Source: Octopus bimaculoides (taxonomy: Eukaryota). Taken from it: a stretch of DNA of 49,781 nucleotides. Positions 46,450 to 49,781 of the stretch are shown one piece after another. Location: contig NC_068985.1 in NCBI RefSeq assembly GCF_001194135.2, positions 64,816,610 through 64,866,390 of the forward strand, read 5' to 3'. Under the pieces are notes generated by a model. The model did not search any database. It was not told the origin of the DNA and saw only the letters and a list, made by a program, of their open reading frames with translations. The position numbers and the translations under genes were made by a program. How positions within the stretch are numbered: the first letter of the stretch is position 1; every line of letters starts with the position of its first letter.

Positions 46450-49283
46450 CAATGCTGCTAACACCCACTCCTACCCCCAGTAGGAGCAACAATCTTAACA
46501 TGCTTGAATGTTTGAATGATAACAGGTCAAAAGCGAGAAAATGAAAACCTTCTTCTTCAGGCACTGAATAACATCTCCCCTCCCCATGCCTCCTCCCACA
46601 TTCCTTTCCTAGTTTTTAGAGTTGGCACTGTCAATGTAGGCACACTGAAAGGTAGGTCTAGTGAGATTGTAGAGATGCTTGACTGGAGACGTGTTAATAT
46701 GTGCTGCATACAAGAGGTAAGGTGGAGAGGAGCTTCAGCCAGGGTCCTCACAGGCACATAAGTATAAAATCTTCTGGGAAGGTAACAGTGATGGAGTAGG
46801 GAGTGTAGGCATACTCCTTGCAGAGAAATGGATGGATAAGGTAATAGAGGTAGTCAAGGTATGCGATAGAGTGCTTAAGCTCAGGCTAGTCCTGCAGAAT
46901 AATATAGCTACAATTATCTCTGCCTACGCCCCACAAGCTGGCCTACCAAACGGTCAGAAGGACCACTTTTATGATACCCATCTACAGGCTACCTCAAATA
47001 TGAGTGGCAATGACTTCCTCTTTGCAGCTGGAGATTTTAATGGACATATCGGACAGCAATCCGGCATCTTCCATGGTGTTCACGGGGGCCATGGAATTGG
47101 TTCCTGAAACGAAGAAGGAACTAGGCTACTGGAGTTCTGTGATGCATGCAACCTATTCATTTGCAACACTAACTTCAGGAAGCCAGACAGCCACCTGATA
47201 ACCTATCAATCAAGCGATTCTGCTAACCAGATTGATTTCATCCTCACCAGACAGCGGGGTGCAAGGTTGCTCTTAAATACAGAGACCTTCCCTGGTGAAG
47301 AATGTACCCCACAGCATAGGCTAGTTATTAGTGACTTTAGACTCAAGGCCAGAAGGATGCCAAGAAGCAAACCAATCCAGAAAAGAATTATTTAGAAGCT
47401 TAAGAACCCTTCACATGGTCAGAGATTTAGGGACATCCTCGTTGAGAACATTGGTGAGAGGGAGGAGGAGCTACAAACTTCGGATATAGAGGGTAACTGG
47501 AAATTCCTATGGGAGTGCCAAAGACCAAATCTGTAGCTGGTGCAAAGTCCCTTCCAGACCTAGAGTAACATGGTGGTGGAATAATACTGTAGACAAGGAC
47601 ATTAAAGCAAAGAAACAGGCCTGGAAAACCTGTTGGGGTAGCAGGGAACTGTACCAGCTAGCCAGAAGGGAGGCTGGGCGACAGGTATACATAGCCAAGG
47701 GAGAAGCGGAAAAGAAGAAGCTTGCATCAGCAATGTGAGGACCAAAGAACTGAAGTATTTCGGATTGCAAGACAGTGTGTGAGAGAAAATTGTGATGTTG
47801 CAAGAGAGAAATGTGTCTGCCTGGATAATGGTCCTCCAGGAAATAACATAGGAATTCAAGACAGGTTGCCCCTGAGCACTCCTCTATGCTGATGACCTTG
47901 CTCTCATAGTGGAATCACTACCAGAACTAGAGAAGAAATTTCAGGTGTGAAGTAAGGTTTAGAATCAAAAGGCCTTAGAGTCCATGTTGCAAAAACCAAA
48001 GTCCTAGTAAGTAGGAAGGCAAACAAATCACAAACCCCTTCAGGTAGATGGCCCTGCTTGATCTGTAGAAAAGGTGCAGGTAGAAACTCCATAAGATGTA
48101 CCCAGTGTAAGCTATGGACACATAAGAGGTGCAGCAACATCAAAGGAAGGTTAACTGGGATGATAGCTTTTGTGTGTGGCAGATGCACACGGGCAATAAA
48201 CACCAAAGATGCTCAGAAAACAGGTTCCATCACATGTCTGGGGGAGAAACTAGAAGTAGTTGATAGCTTCCGCTACCTAGGTGACCAAGTCTGTAGTAGG
48301 GGTGGATGCTCGGAGAGCGTTGCCACTAGAATAAGAATAGCCTTGGCAAGGTTCAGAAAGCTCGTACCTCTACTGGTGACAAAGGGCTTCTTGCTCAGAG
48401 TGAGAGGTAAATTGTATGATGCATGTGTATGAACTGCCATGCTACACAGCAGTGAAATATGGGCTATGACTGCTGAAGACATGCGTAGGCTTAAAAGAAA
48501 TGAAGCTAGTATGATTTGCCGGATGTGTAATGTCAGTGTGCACACACAACAGAGTGTAAGTGCCCTGAGAGAAATGTTGGACATAAGAAGTATCTGATGT
48601 GGTGTGCAAGAGAGGCAACTGCGCTGGTATGGTCATGTACTGCATATGGATGAGGAGAGCTGTGTAAAGAAGTGTCACTCCCTAAACAGTGGAAGGAACA
48701 CGTGGAAGAAGGAGACCCAGGAAGACATAGGATGAGGTGGTGAAGCATGACCTTCGAGCATTGGGCCTCACAGGCAATGACAAAAGACTGAGACCTCTGG
48801 AGATATGCTGTGATTGAGAAGGCCCTGCAAGTAAAGTGAGATCACAGCCATAGCCTATACCAGTGTCACATAACCAGTCCATTTAAAAAGTACATTGAAT
48901 TGTCAGGTAATACACAGTGCTTAAAGAAACCTATTGAGTCAAGTAAAATCAAAATCAAATCAAATCGCAATCAAATGGATATTGTTGTTGTGGCCGATGC
49001 CAGTGCTGCTTGACTGGCTCTCATGCTGGTGGCATGCAATAAGCACCATTCATGTGTGGGTCTTTGCCAGTGCCACCTGATTGGCTCCCTTGCTGGTGGC
49101 ATGTAAAAAGCACCCACTACACTCTTGGAGTGGTTGCCATTAGGAAGGGCATCCAACTGTAGAAACTTTACCATATCAGATTGGCGCCTGGTATAGCCTC
49201 CTGGCTTGCCAGTCCCCAGTCAAACTGTCCAACCCATGCCAGTATAGAAAATAGATGTTAAACAATGATGATGATGATGATGA
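46450..49283 (+). mobile_element. Near full-length RTE subfamily A LINE (PHD-bearing) with a large RT deletion
   Basis: APE start RVGTVNVGTLKGRS..CCIQEVRW; AGDFNGHIG; YADD at 47885-47896; C4HC3 finger at 48055-48186; 3'UTR and (GAT)n tail ending 49283. RT N-terminal half deleted at ~47831. Confidence 0.95.
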
Positions 49284-49419
49284 ATCCAGCCGTCCTTTCA
49301 CACAGAATTTTGTCTTTTCTGAACTAAAGACCCTGTAGTGACTATATAATGGAACTGTGATTATGTATATCAGAAAATATATATATAAGTCGAAACAATT
49401 TGTTGGCCTTTTATGGTTT

Positions 49420-49663
49420 TTATAATTATTTATATAATATTATGTTATGTTATATATTATATTCATAGTATTTAATGTAATATTGTAATATAAATAAATT
49501 ATTGGATTGTCAATAGAATATCTCCATATTTAATTTATCCTTATATACTTATATATATATATACATATATATGTAGGTAAATGGATATCAATGTAAACAG
49601 ATAGACATACAAATAGATACATAGGTAATATGAGCAGACAAGCACACACAAGGAGACAGAGGT

Positions 49664-49708
<45 letters not shown>

Positions 49709-49781
49709 CAAACATGAATATGCAGAATACATACATACAAATGTACACACATGCATGCATACATATATATATATATATATA
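49420..49781. repeat. Simple repeats (TA-rich, (CA)n, (TA)n)
   Basis: Direct inspection: (CA)n at ~49668-49706, and TA runs at ~49550-49572 and the window end. Confidence 0.9.

Noticed and set aside
46468-46486. 7-bp hairpin near the RTE 5' end as part of an HDV-like ribozyme
   Set aside because: I could not identify the nested double-pseudoknot pairings; a lone hairpin is insufficient.
5526-49283. Large inverted pair of RTE-A copies near the window ends, as if bounding a composite element
   Set aside because: Each has its own tail and different truncation and deletions, and the left copy has its own candidate TSD: independent retrotranspositions.

Overview
AT-rich eukaryotic genomic DNA made up mostly of decayed, often nested transposable elements. 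The (GAT/ATC)n-tailed RTE LINEs and tRNA-headed SINE families are most consistent with an octopus or other coleoid cephalopod genome; this is inference from repeat content, not a database result. No intact multi-exon host gene can be built. The only host-gene hints are a well-formed 27-nt candidate microexon (32840-32866, +) and a weak candidate terminal exon (2164-2205). Recognisable elements: about nine RTE-clade LINE pieces from at least three subfamilies, three Ty3/gypsy remnants, two L1/Tx1-clade LINEs in a head-to-tail array with two extra 3'UTR-only units, a Penelope-like element with an upstream hammerhead-ribozyme motif, a MULE/FLYWCH DNA transposon with TIRs and a 10-bp TSD, a CR1/L2-type 3' end and several SINEs. 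Most notable observations: a C4HC3 PHD-type finger inserted in the RTE reverse transcriptase, the Tx1 tandem array, the hammerhead, a 68-bp micro-inversion that flips the Penelope RT catalytic YVDD motif, and templated end-joining scars. Unless a TSD or junction is quoted, element boundaries are approximate (tens of bp). All alignments were done by eye.
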